Under the pieces are notes generated by a model. The model was given only the letters and a program-made list of their open reading frames with translations, was not told the DNA's origin and did not search any database. A stretch of 64,000 nt of DNA from an uncultured delta proteobacterium (GTDB lineage: Bacteria; Desulfobacterota; Syntrophia; Syntrophales; UBA2185): contig CAVOID010000013.1 of assembly GCA_963695875.1 (NCBI GenBank), positions 1 to 64,000 on the forward strand, written 5' to 3'. This document shows, one piece after another, positions 1-10,635 of the stretch (position 1 is its first letter; each line of letters begins with the position of its first letter). The position numbers were made by a program, and so were the translations under genes.

Positions 1-1207
1 AAAGAATCATCAACGAATTGAAGGCGCAGATCAAGACTGTCAGGGTTGCGGAAATTCCGAAGGGTGATGAGAAACCACCGGCAGTTCAGAAAGCGGCAAA
101 GGCCACCGGCTTATTCGGCGGCTCTGCGCTATCCAACCCAAACATCTCCATGGTTCTGAATACCTATGCCTATTCATCAAACTTGACAACTGATGAGATT
201 CGGACACGGGGGATACAGGGCTACACAACGGAAGGACTTGACAGGAGGAACGGCTTTAACTTTGACTCGGCAGAGTTTGCCATCTATGCGCCTGTAGATC
301 CTTACTTCAATCTCTATGCCACAATTCCTGTAACGGAAAGCGGGGCCGAAGTCGAAGAGGCGTATCTTTGTTACCACCGCTCTCCCCGAGGGTCATCAGA
401 TCAAGGGCGGCAAATTTAAAAGCGGTTTCGGCAGGCTCAATGCCGTGCACCCCCACGCCTGGGATTTTGTGGATGCCCCGCTTCCTTACAGGGCCTTTAT
501 AGGAGATGAGGGGATAATGGAAAAAGGAGTTCAATATACCTACCTTCCGCCTCTCCCCTTCTACACTATTTTAGGTGTCGAAGTCCTTCAGGGAGAAAAC
601 AATCCTTTGTTTGGCGCCGATGCAACGGGTGGTCCTCACGCCTATACCGCGTTTCTTAAGGCTTCCCTGGACGTGAGTGATAACTCGACCATCCTCTTCG
701 GACCGTCGGTGATCACAGGCAAGACAAAAACGGATACGATTGCGGCAAATACGGATTTCACGGGAGACTCCACATTGTACGGCTTCGAATTCACTTACAA
801 GTGGAAACCCTCCAAAGTTCAGGGATTCAAGATACAAAGCGAGTACCTCTATCGGTCCCAGTATGGCGAGTCTGACTGATACAAGCCTTGGGTCTATACA
901 GCGCCTTGAGAGATACCAGGATGGCCTTTATATCCAGGGTGTTTACCTCTGGAACCGATGGGAATTCGGCGTGCGGTACGATACACTCAGCCTTTTTAAG
1001 GATGAATATGACCTCGGAGGAACGAAACAGGACCTCGGCCGCAGGCCCTGGAGGGCGACAGCTATGGTCGACTATAATTTTTCCGAGTTCGCTCTTTTGC
1101 GGCTTCAGTATAATCACGACGAATCTGACATAAACGGCAGGGTCAACCACGAAGTATTCCTTCAAGCGGTCTTCAGCATCGGCGCTCATCCAGCCCACCA
1201 GTTTTAA
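1..1207 (+). CDS. Outer-membrane beta-barrel/porin-like protein of a metal-uptake operon; probably starts before the window; two apparent frameshifts (~368, ~875)
   Basis: ORFs 18..419, 445..879 and 740..1207 join into one beta-rich protein (NPNISMVLN...APVDPYF...HPHAWDFVDAPL) ending FSIGAHPAHQF; directly upstream of a metal SBP. Confidence 0.7.
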
Positions 1208-1223
1208 GGAGGTAAAGAATACT

Positions 1224-2105
1224 ATGAAAAAATTGTTGTTTACTCTTTTGATAATAATCGCCATGTCCACACCGGCATACGCAAAGCTAAACGTTGTTGC
1301 CACACTCCCCTGGATCGGAAATCTGGCGAGCGAATTGGGGAAGGATAAAGTCAATGTGAAAGTCCTGGTGAAGCCAAGCCAGGACCCGCACTATATAGAG
1401 GCGAAACCAAGCATGATCCTTGCGGCGAGAAGCGCCGACATGCTCATATATAATGGTCTTGATCTCGAGATCGGCTACCTGCCGCTGCTCATTGAATCCT
1501 CCCGGAATCCCATGATTCAGCCGGGGAAGCCCGGCAATCTCGACTGTTCGCAGTTTATAAATGTGATTGAGAAACTGGAAACAGTGGACCGCAGCATGGG
1601 AGATGTCCATCCCCTGGGAAATCCGCATTATCACTATTCTCCATCCAATATCCTCAGGGTAGTCCACGGGATGGCCCAGGAACTCTCCAAAATAGACCCG
1701 GAAAATGCACCTTTTTATAGGACGAACCTAACCTCCTTCGAGGAAAGATTGAGAGACAAACTAATTCAGTGGGACAAAAAATCCCTGAAAGGGAAAAGAT
1801 ATGTGTCCTACCACAAATTATTCGAATATATGGCGAATGAATTTGGCTTTCAACTCATCGGTTATGTTGAGCCAAAGCCGGGCATTCCGCCCTCGGCGGG
1901 GCATATAGAAAAGTTGATTGAGACTATGAAGAAAACGAGGCCGGACGGAATACTGGTTACACCCTCCTATGGATTAGATGAGGCGCAGGCCATGTCGAGG
2001 AAGACGGGCGTCAGGGTTATCATTCTTCCCCAGGACGTAGGTTCCGTTCCCGGCACAAATGACTGGTTCAGCTTTATGGATACTGTCCTGTCATCCCTGC
2101 AATAG
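1224..2105 (+). CDS. Metal (Zn/Mn/Co) ABC transporter substrate-binding protein, ZnuA/TroA family
   Basis: Signal peptide; DPHY, GLDLE and HPLGNPHY motifs; SYHKLF; AAGGAGG RBS. Confidence 0.9.
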   Translation: MKKLLFTLLIIIAMSTPAYAKLNVVATLPWIGNLASELGKDKVNVKVLVKPSQDPHYIEAKPSMILAARSADMLIYNGLDLEIGYLPLLIESSRNPMIQPGKPGNLDCSQFINVIEKLETVDRSMGDVHPLGNPHYHYSPSNILRVVHGMAQELSKIDPENAPFYRTNLTSFEERLRDKLIQWDKKSLKGKRYVSYHKLFEYMANEFGFQLIGYVEPKPGIPPSAGHIEKLIETMKKTRPDGILVTPSYGLDEAQAMSRKTGVRVIILPQDVGSVPGTNDWFSFMDTVLSSLQ

Positions 2106-2113
2106 GAGGTCGC

Positions 2114-2909
2114 ATGGAAGTCCTAAATTTTTTAATATGGCCATTTGCGGCTTGTGTCCTTCTCATCCTCATCCACGCCTATTTTCGGCATACACATCCT
2201 GGAGAGAGGGATCATATTTGTTGATCTCTCTCTGGCACAATTCGTGGGAGTCGGTATCGCCCTGTCCTTTTTATTCGGACATGACGGGATACAGAGGTAC
2301 GTTTTTTCAATTACCTTTGCGGTGCTGGGAGCCTTTATCCTGGCCTTTTCCCGGCGCATAGCGAAATATACCAATATAGAAGCCTTCATCGGGGTTCTCT
2401 ACATATTCTCTTTTGCTGCGAGCATTCTGATCCTCGATCGGTCGCCTCACGGCCTTGAGGAATTCAAATCGATTCTGAATGGAAACATTATATGGGTTGA
2501 GCCTGGAAGCATTCTCTACACGTTCATCCTTTATTCCATAATCAGCATACCTCACATCATTTTCCGGAAAAGATTTCTTGAACTTTCCCGGAATGGAAAT
2601 GGAGGATTCCTGTGGGAGTTTGCTTTTTTCCTCAGTTTTGCAATCGTGCTGGTCAAGTCCGTCCAGATGGCCGGGATCCTTCAGGTGTTCGCCTTCCTGA
2701 TCATTCCGGCCCTCATCGGGCGGCTTTTCACGCGAGAGCCCATCAGGGTGCTGATCACGGGCTGGCTGCTTGGACTTGCTTCGAGCACATTCGGAATTGC
2801 CGCCTCCTATAAATGGGATCTGCCGGTGGCTCCGGTCATCGTTGCTTCATTAAGTATACTCTTTTTCGTGGTTCTATTTGTCAAATCAATGTACCGAAAG
2901 GCTCAATAG
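2114..2909 (+). CDS. Metal ABC transporter permease (ZnuB/ABC-3 family); +1 frameshift in a T-run near 2183
   Basis: AGGAGG then ATG at 2114 (MEVLNFLIWPFAAC...) joins ORF 2145..2909 (GIHILERGIIFVDLSLAQ); multi-TM. Confidence 0.85.
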
Positions 2910-3061
2910 TAGGATTGAAGAATTAATGATTACCAGTTGTGATGTTGAATGGATGAGATGTATCGACCGTGGGACACAACAAACCGGTGCAACAAACGGA
3001 CATGCACCTTGTAGTTAAATTTGCTTGCTCCCTGTCTTCGCCTGTGCTTATCTGAGACAGC

Positions 3062-3205
3062 TTACCGACCCCGCCCGGCCAGGAGTTGTTCCCGCGGAAT
3101 GGAGGCAATTTCCAGCCCCGGCACAGCTTCATCCGGGTCCATCGATGCCTCAAGTATTTCTGACGGATTTTCATAGAAAGCGGTAGCCTTCACGATGGCT
3201 CTGGC
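3062..3205 (-). pseudogene. pdxS: 3' remnant of pyridoxal 5'-phosphate synthase lyase subunit
   Basis: ARAIVKATAFYENPSEILEASMDPDEAVPGLEIASIPREQLLAGRGR* resembles the PdxS C-terminus (AIVxATTH..D...E.S...GEAM.GLEI.......L..RGW); no N-terminal part is present. Confidence 0.7.
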
Positions 3206-3224
3206 ACTTTTTACAAAGCCGTCA
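3206..3224 (-). mobile_element. Isolated terminal repeat of a miniature element
   Basis: TGACGGCTTTGTAAAAAGT matches 48878-48896 (TGACGACTCTGTAAAAAGT) at 17/19; its TGA is the cysK stop codon. Confidence 0.6.
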
Positions 3225-4146
3225 CTCTTTAAACAGCCACGTGGACAAGTACCTCTCACCTGTATCGGGCAGGACAACAACTATGAGTTTCCCCCTATTC
3301 TCATCCCGTTTGGCTACTTCGAGTCCAGCCCACAATGCCGCACCGCTCGATATGCCGACAAGGATACCTTCCTCTTTCGCAAGACGGCGAGCTATGATCC
3401 CTGCGTTTTCATTGGACACTGTTATGATCTCATCAATAATTTCCCGATTGAGAACCTGGGGAACGAATCCGGCTCCGATACCCTGGATTTTGTGCGGCCC
3501 CGACTGCCCGCCCGAAAGCACCGGCGATGCCGCGGGCTCGACGGCTATAGCCTTGAATGACGGTTTTCTCTTCTTGATCACCTCGGCGACGCCGGTAATC
3601 GTTCCGCCCGTGCCAATGCCTGAGACCAGGATAGTCTACCTTGCCGTCCGTATCGTTCCATATCTCTTCGGCCGTCGTCTTTCGGTGGATCTCCGGATTA
3701 GCCGGATTATTGAACTGCTGAGGCATGACCGCGTCGGGGGTCGTCGCCGCCAGTTCCTCCGCCTTCTTAACGGCGCCCTTCATCCCCTCGGCGCCAGGCG
3801 TCAGGACGAGCTCCGCACCGAAAATTTCGAGCAGATGCCTTCTTTCCAGGCTCATCGTATCCGGCATCGTGAGGATCAGGCGGTAGCCTTTCGCCGCTGC
3901 CACAAAGGCAAGGGCAATGCCGGTATTGCCGCTCGTCGGCTCGATCAGGACGGAATCCTTCTTCAGCAAGCCCTTTTTTTCGGCGTCCTCGATCATCGCG
4001 ACGCCGATCCGGTCCTTGACGCTGGAGAGGGGATTGAAGGACTCCAGTTTTACGACTACCTGCGCCTTCATCCCCTCCGCCATTCGATTCAATCTGACCA
4101 GGGGCGTATGCCCGATGGTCTTTGTAATATCATCATAAATATTCAT
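3222..4146 (-). CDS. cysK: Cysteine synthase A (copy 1); frameshift near 3630
   Basis: [19 protein letters not shown]-lysine motif, [26 protein letters not shown]. Confidence 0.95.
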
Positions 4147-4152
4147 CTTCCT

Positions 4153-5468
<1,316 letters not shown>

Positions 5469-5491
5469 CTAAGTTTAATTTTTTTTAAAAC

Positions 5492-5537
5492 AAAATAAAA
5501 AACCCACTGACCGCATTTTTTCTTCCGCCAGTGGGTT
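5492..5537 (-). terminator. Intrinsic terminator in the metY 5' leader (candidate attenuator terminator)
   Basis: mRNA AACCCACUG...CAGUGGGUU 9-bp stem followed by UUUUAUUUUG, ~35 nt before the metY start. Confidence 0.85.
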
Positions 5538-5570
5538 AATCTACTCATGATTATGATCATCTACAGATGA

Positions 5571-5699
5571 CTACATAAACGAATATCCCCCTTCCCGGAA
5601 GCGGTGCATTGTCATACTGCAACACATGACCATGCGGCACACGTGCGCATTCATACTTTCTTTAGGCATATGGCTTAATATGAAATAATTTATTTTCAT
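5571..5699 (-). CDS. Putative Met/Cys-rich attenuator leader peptide, 42 aa: MKINYFILSHMPKESMNAHVCRMVMCCSMTMHRFREGGYSFM
   Basis: Hand translation, ATG 5699 to TAG 5571; 8 Met and 3 Cys, 7 of them in codons 21-31; weak GAGAG RBS; lies between promoter and terminator upstream of metY-cysK. Confidence 0.8.
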   Translation of the reverse strand: MKINYFILSHMPKESMNAHVCRMVMCCSMTMHRFREGGYSFM

Positions 5700-5757
5700 A
5701 ATTTATTGCTCTCTGCGCACCACCGCAGATAACTTAACGATATTCTTCGAGTAATTA

Positions 5758-5811
5758 ATTACTACTATGTCTATTGAATTAGTAGATATTATAAATAGGA
5801 AGCCTTGTCAA
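5758..5811 (-). promoter_or_regulatory. -35 TTGACA (5806-5811) plus candidate Rrf2-family operator (5758-5785)
   Basis: CTACTA-N12-TAGTAG inverted repeat; similar to a site at 24157-24184 upstream of the rrf2 gene. Confidence 0.55.
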
Positions 5812-5845
5812 GAAAAATTTTAGCTTTTTTACAATAGGGTCGGGA

Positions 5846-6145
5846 TCAGAGGCTGTCAAATAGTGATTCCACCCTGGTGCGGATCTGCTCAACATCCCCC
5901 TGTGAATAATCGGTTTCAATCTTTAGATATGGCAGGCTATGTTTGTTTTTCACATGTTCCCTGATTTTGTGGGATTCAACATTATAAGAATGGCAGGCAT
6001 GGGGTATGACATCAATAATCACATCCGGTTTGAACCGACCGATCATTTTATCCAGTTCGGTAAGCCGACGGGCGTTCGGCGTCATGCACGAACAGGGGAT
6101 TTTCAAGTACCGGCGCGCAACCGCGGCAAAGGGATCATTCGTTAA
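5846..6145 (-). pseudogene. 5'-truncated remnant of a 2-hydroxyacyl-CoA dehydratase-family (double-cubane-type reductase) gene
   Basis: AVARRYLKIPCSCMTPN...ACHSYNVE...PYLKIETDYSQGDVEQIRTRVE is the family C-terminal region; only ~100 codons, abutting the SufS-like gene. Confidence 0.75.
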
Positions 6146-6233
6146 TGAATACGAATTATATCGTTGCGGCTTCCGGAGGCTGCAACTATCAACCCAGTCC
6201 CGTCAGACGGGATGCACCCCTGCATTTTCTAAC

Positions 6234-7521
6234 CTAGATGATTTTCTTGGAAATGATGGAAATCAATGAATCGATAAATTTATCGATCTCGCTTGTTGTA
6301 TTGTATATGTAGAAGCTTACACGGACGACTCCTCCGGCATAAAGGCTTCGTGTAAGCGGAAACGCGCATAGTCCTCCCGCCCTCACTGCAATCCCGTCAT
6401 CGTTGAGGAAATTGGCGATGATATTCGGACTAACGACTTCACCATTCTTGATGACATTGAAGGAAATTATCCCGCACCTGTTTGTACTCTCTGCCGGCGC
6501 ATAAACAATTACCCCATCAATCGCGCGCAATTTTTCAAGTGCGTAACCGGCAAGCTCCGTTTCATGTCTGAAGACATTTTCCATCCCGATCTTCCCGAGA
6601 TAGTCTATTGCCCCTTCCAGCATGTCGCCGCTATTCGGATCAATCGCGCCCCCGAGCGCAATGGCGCCGCATACCTCCGGGGTTCCTGCTTCAAATTTCC
6701 AGGGCAGCTCGTTCCAGGTCGCGCAGTCAAGCGTCACATCGGCGATCATGCCTCCCCCCGACAGAAAGGGTGGCATTTTTTCCAGAAGATCTTTTTTTCC
6801 GTACAATGCACCGATACCCAGAGGGGCCAGCATCTTGTGGCCGGAGAAAACAAAGAAATCGCAATCGATGTCGTGTACGTTCACGGGCATGTGCGGCGCA
6901 GACTGCGTTCCATCGACCAGAAAGAGTGCTCCGGCCTCATGGGCAATTCCGGCGATCTCTTCTACCGGATTTATTGTCCCCAGCACATTCGAAACATGCG
7001 CGCAGCAGACAAGTCGTGTTTTGGCAGTTATATGTTTCCGTATATCATCGGGATCGACTGTTCCTTTATCAGGTTATTCCCACCACACTAATCTTTATGC
7101 CGAATAATTCCTTGAGCCTCTGCCAGGGGACAAGATCGGAATGGTGTTCCGAGAGGGGAATGATAATCTCATCACCCAGCGAAAGCCCTATGGCCTTGTC
7201 TGTGCAAAACGCGAGGGAATAACAGACAAGATTTATGGCCTCCGTGCTGTTGCGGACAAAGACAATATCCTGATAACTCTTAGCACCGATGAACCGCGCG
7301 ACGTTCTCGTGCGCCTGTCTGTACATCGAGGTAGCGGTATTGCTTATCTCATGTGTCGATCTGCTGACGGCAGCGTTATATTTTGAATAAAATGTGCGAA
7401 TGGTGTTCAGTACCTGGATAGGCTTCTGCGTGGTGGCGGCATTATCGAAGTAGATGATTTTTTTGCCGCTTACCTTCTGTTCCAAGAAAGGAAAGTCTTT
7501 TCTGATTTTAGATACGTCCAT
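6234..7521 (-). CDS. Cysteine desulfurase, SufS/CsdA (group II) family; frameshift near 7075
   Basis: YFDNAATTQKP, SEHHSDLVPWQ, FSGHKMLAP, KFEAGTP; catalytic-Cys loop reads RAGGLCA. Confidence 0.88.
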
Positions 7522-7535
7522 CGGTAGTACAGCCG

Positions 7536-8555
7536 CTATAGTCCAATATATTTTGAAAAAAGGGTCTTTGCCGTGGATTCATCCGTTGTCCCCTTTATGA
7601 TCGTCCGGCCGTCACTAAATATTATAAATTCGTATGGTCTTGAGATGAATTTAAGCATGTAATCGTTGAATGACACCTCTCCGGATGATTTCAAACGTGA
7701 CGCCAGATCTTTAAAAGATATGCCGGTTACCGTAGGCGGCGATACCTGAATAGCATTCTGTCCGCAAAGACTGGTAAGGCGTGTCCCTTTCTTCTGGTCA
7801 AGGAATACGAATTGTCTGTCATCGCAGACAGGACATCTCGCACTCCCCTTCCTAAGTTCAAATACGCTCCATGTCCCATACCAGGCATCGATATAGATCA
7901 GTTTTTTTATCAGTGCGTCGTGTTTTCCCAAAAGTATCTTTAACCCCTCGGTTACTTCGATGGAAGCAATCATGTTTACGGCGGTTCCCAGTACACCTAC
8001 GGTGTCGCATGTGGGTGTGCTGCCGGGTCCGGGCAGCTCATTAATAAAGCATTTCAAACACGGTGTTTCCCCCGGAATGATCGCAAAGCTCATCCCGTAA
8101 GTCGCCACTACACCTCCGTATATCCAGGGGATACCCAGTTTCACACAGGCGTCGTTTATCAAAAAACGCGTTTCAAAGTTATCCGTGCCATCAAGCACGA
8201 TGCCAGCGCCCTTTATAATTCGTTCGATATTTTCCGCAGTCAGGTCGGCAACAATAGGCTCAATAGTAACTTCCGAGTTGATGCGGCGCAGTTTTTCTGC
8301 CGCGGCTATCGCTTTGGGAAGCCCTCTCCTGATGTCTTCCTCATCAAAGAGTATTTGGCGAGCCAGGTTATCGAGCTCGATAAAATCGCGGTCAACAATT
8401 GTCACCCGGCCGACCCCGGACCTCACCAGACTATTAGCGATTACTGAGCCCAGCGCGCCGCAGCCAGCAACGACCGCAGACGCGCCATTTAGCTTTTTCT
8501 GGCCTCCTTCGCCAATCTCCGCAAGCAGCATCTGTTTGAAATATCTATTGGTCAT
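7536..8555 (-). CDS. ThiF/MoeB family adenylyltransferase (E1-like)
   Basis: GCGALGS, DRDFIELDNLARQ, DGTDNFETR, CLKC, TCDTVGV, CPVC. Confidence 0.92.
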   Translation of the reverse strand: MTNRYFKQMLLAEIGEGGQKKLNGASAVVAGCGALGSVIANSLVRSGVGRVTIVDRDFIELDNLARQILFDEEDIRRGLPKAIAAAEKLRRINSEVTIEPIVADLTAENIERIIKGAGIVLDGTDNFETRFLINDACVKLGIPWIYGGVVATYGMSFAIIPGETPCLKCFINELPGPGSTPTCDTVGVLGTAVNMIASIEVTEGLKILLGKHDALIKKLIYIDAWYGTWSVFELRKGSARCPVCDDRQFVFLDQKKGTRLTSLCGQNAIQVSPPTVTGISFKDLASRLKSSGEVSFNDYMLKFISRPYEFIIFSDGRTIIKGTTDESTAKTLFSKYIGL

Positions 8556-8597
8556 ATCATATAGCTGTCCGAGGCAAGCTTTTCCCTTTCTCGTTCC

Positions 8598-8626
8598 ACA
8601 ATATCCAGCCGAGTGTTGGATGTCAA
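8598..8626 (-). promoter_or_regulatory. Sigma70-type promoter for the ThiF-SufS operon
   Basis: TTGACA-17 nt-TATTGT on the minus strand, ~45 nt upstream of the ATG. Confidence 0.6.
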
Positions 8627-8718
8627 TAGTATTCCATAATCATCATGCCCGTATGATCGGAGCCTCCCGTCCGATACCACCTTCGCGGGGACAGGCCTGA
8701 GCCACCCCCTTTCACTCA

Positions 8719-10321
8719 TTATTTCCGCGGTCGTTTGCGGCGCTTCTTCTCTTTGCTACCATATGTCTTCTTGCTCTCGAGACGATGACCGGTCAACTGA
8801 TACACCCGGCCGATGGCGAGGAGGGCGACGAATAGCACACAGCCAGCCTATCCAGTCCCCCAGTATGGCATATACTGTTCGGCCATGCATCATCGGGATC
8901 CGGCCGACAAGCGTCTCCTTCGTCCACTGCACGCTGCGATGGTCAAGTCGACCCACCGGGTCTATGATGGCAGACACACCGGTATTCGTGGCTCGAACAA
9001 GGGGCCGCCGGTGCTCGATCGACCGGAAGCTTGCAAGGGCCAGGTGCTCCATGGGCTCGACCGTGTTGCCATACCAGGAATCGTCGGTCAGGTTGAACAT
9101 CGCCTCCGGAACCTGGCGAAGGCTCCCGCCGTTCATTAGCATGCGGATATGTCCGGGAAAGATATCCTCGTAGCATATGCTCACTGAGAGCACATGCCTG
9201 CCGAACAGGAGCGGTTCCTCATTCTCTCCGGGCCAAAACCGGCTCGAGTAGGGTGACCATGAGTACAGCCATGTGAATGTATCGCCGAAGGGGATAAACT
9301 CGCCGAAGGGCACGAGCACCGTCTTGTCGTAGGTGCCGAGGATTTGACCCATCCCGTTTGCGAGTACGGCGCTGTTGTAGAAGCGGGGGCTGCCATTCTG
9401 GTCAATGCGCAAGATTGCGCCGAATAATGTTGGTGTGTGCAGGCCGCCAAGCACATCGGGCGGCAGCCGGCCCTCCCGGGACGTGAGGTTGTCAGCGTAG
9501 ACGTTCTCGGGCCAAACGATGAGGTCGAGGGCGCTGGCGGCGGTTAGTTTCCTGGACATCTCCTGGTGTTCGCGAAGAAAACGATGAGGGTCATAATGCT
9601 TCTCCCCTGCCCCACGGTTTGTCTGGATCACGCCGACCGTCAGCTTCTCGGCGGCGGAGGCATGCTCGTCGACGATGTGGATGCGAACCGCCCCGTAGGC
9701 CAATACCAGCGCTATAACAGCCGCGAAGACCACCACCGGGCGCCAGGAGAAGGGCCGCTTCTCGATTAGTCTCTCGATCATCGCATAGATCATGGAATTA
9801 GTATATACGACGAGGAAAGTAACACCGAGGATGCCTGTCACATCGGCGATCTGCGTCAAAAGGGTAAGCTTGTACTGGCTCGCGCCGAGGTAGTTAGGAA
9901 AAATCTCAGGCCAGAACTTTTCGAGTGCGGTCCATACGACGGGGGAGACCCAGACCACGTTCCAGCCGGTGTCGCGGGAGATCAGCCGCGTGGCCCCTGC
10001 CCATGCCGCGAACACGATGCCATTCGCCGCGGCAATAAGCAGCAGCCCCAACGCTGCGGGCGGCCATGACAGCCCCGCGAATTGCTGAAACATATGGATG
10101 ATCCAGTAGAAACCGCCACCGTGCCCTACGATGCCTGCGACCCAGCCGATGAGGAACGCACGGGCCGGGCTCTGCCCGCGAATCGCCCACAGGACGGGCA
10201 CGAGGCATATCCACTCGAGATAGAACTGGTCAAAGCCGGCATAGCCCAGGAACGCCAGAATACCGCCCGCGACGGCGGCAATCCACGGCAGTAAGTCCTT
10301 GGTTACTGTGCGGTGCGGCAT
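8719..10321 (-). CDS. lnt: Apolipoprotein N-acyltransferase; probable frameshift near 8830 alters the C-terminus
   Basis: N-terminal TMs; LIVWPEN, YDKTVLVPFGE, ICYEDIFP nitrilase-fold motifs; VRATNTGVS. Confidence 0.93.
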
Positions 10322-10542
10322 ATCAGACCCTTCACATTAGTGGAATAATGACAGCGCACTCTAGCGCACCGGGGTAACATAATCAAGAGGAAGCTCATAC
10401 TGCTCGCTCTGTAGAGTGATTGGAGCTCACAGCCGATCCACAATAAATCGGGACATGTTTGCTCAAACACATCCCTTTATGACCCTCAGGAAAATCTCGC
10501 AGCTACACCTGCAATACCATAATATTTAGTAGTTCAATTGTC

Positions 10543-10572
10543 TTGACATCTAAGATTATCTTCCCCTATATT
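10543..10572 (+). promoter_or_regulatory. Sigma70-type promoter for corA
   Basis: TTGACA-18 nt-TATATT. Confidence 0.55.
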
Positions 10573-10635
10573 TCATAGCGACAAAAGGGAGTTCTTATCA
10601 ATTACAAGTTGTCATGAAGATAAGGCGGTAAATAA

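Noticed and set aside
5540..5760. SAM-I riboswitch or T-box upstream of metY
   Set aside because: No ATCnAGAG...GCAACC...GTGC core and no T-box AAGGTGGnACC motif seen; the leader-peptide model fits better.
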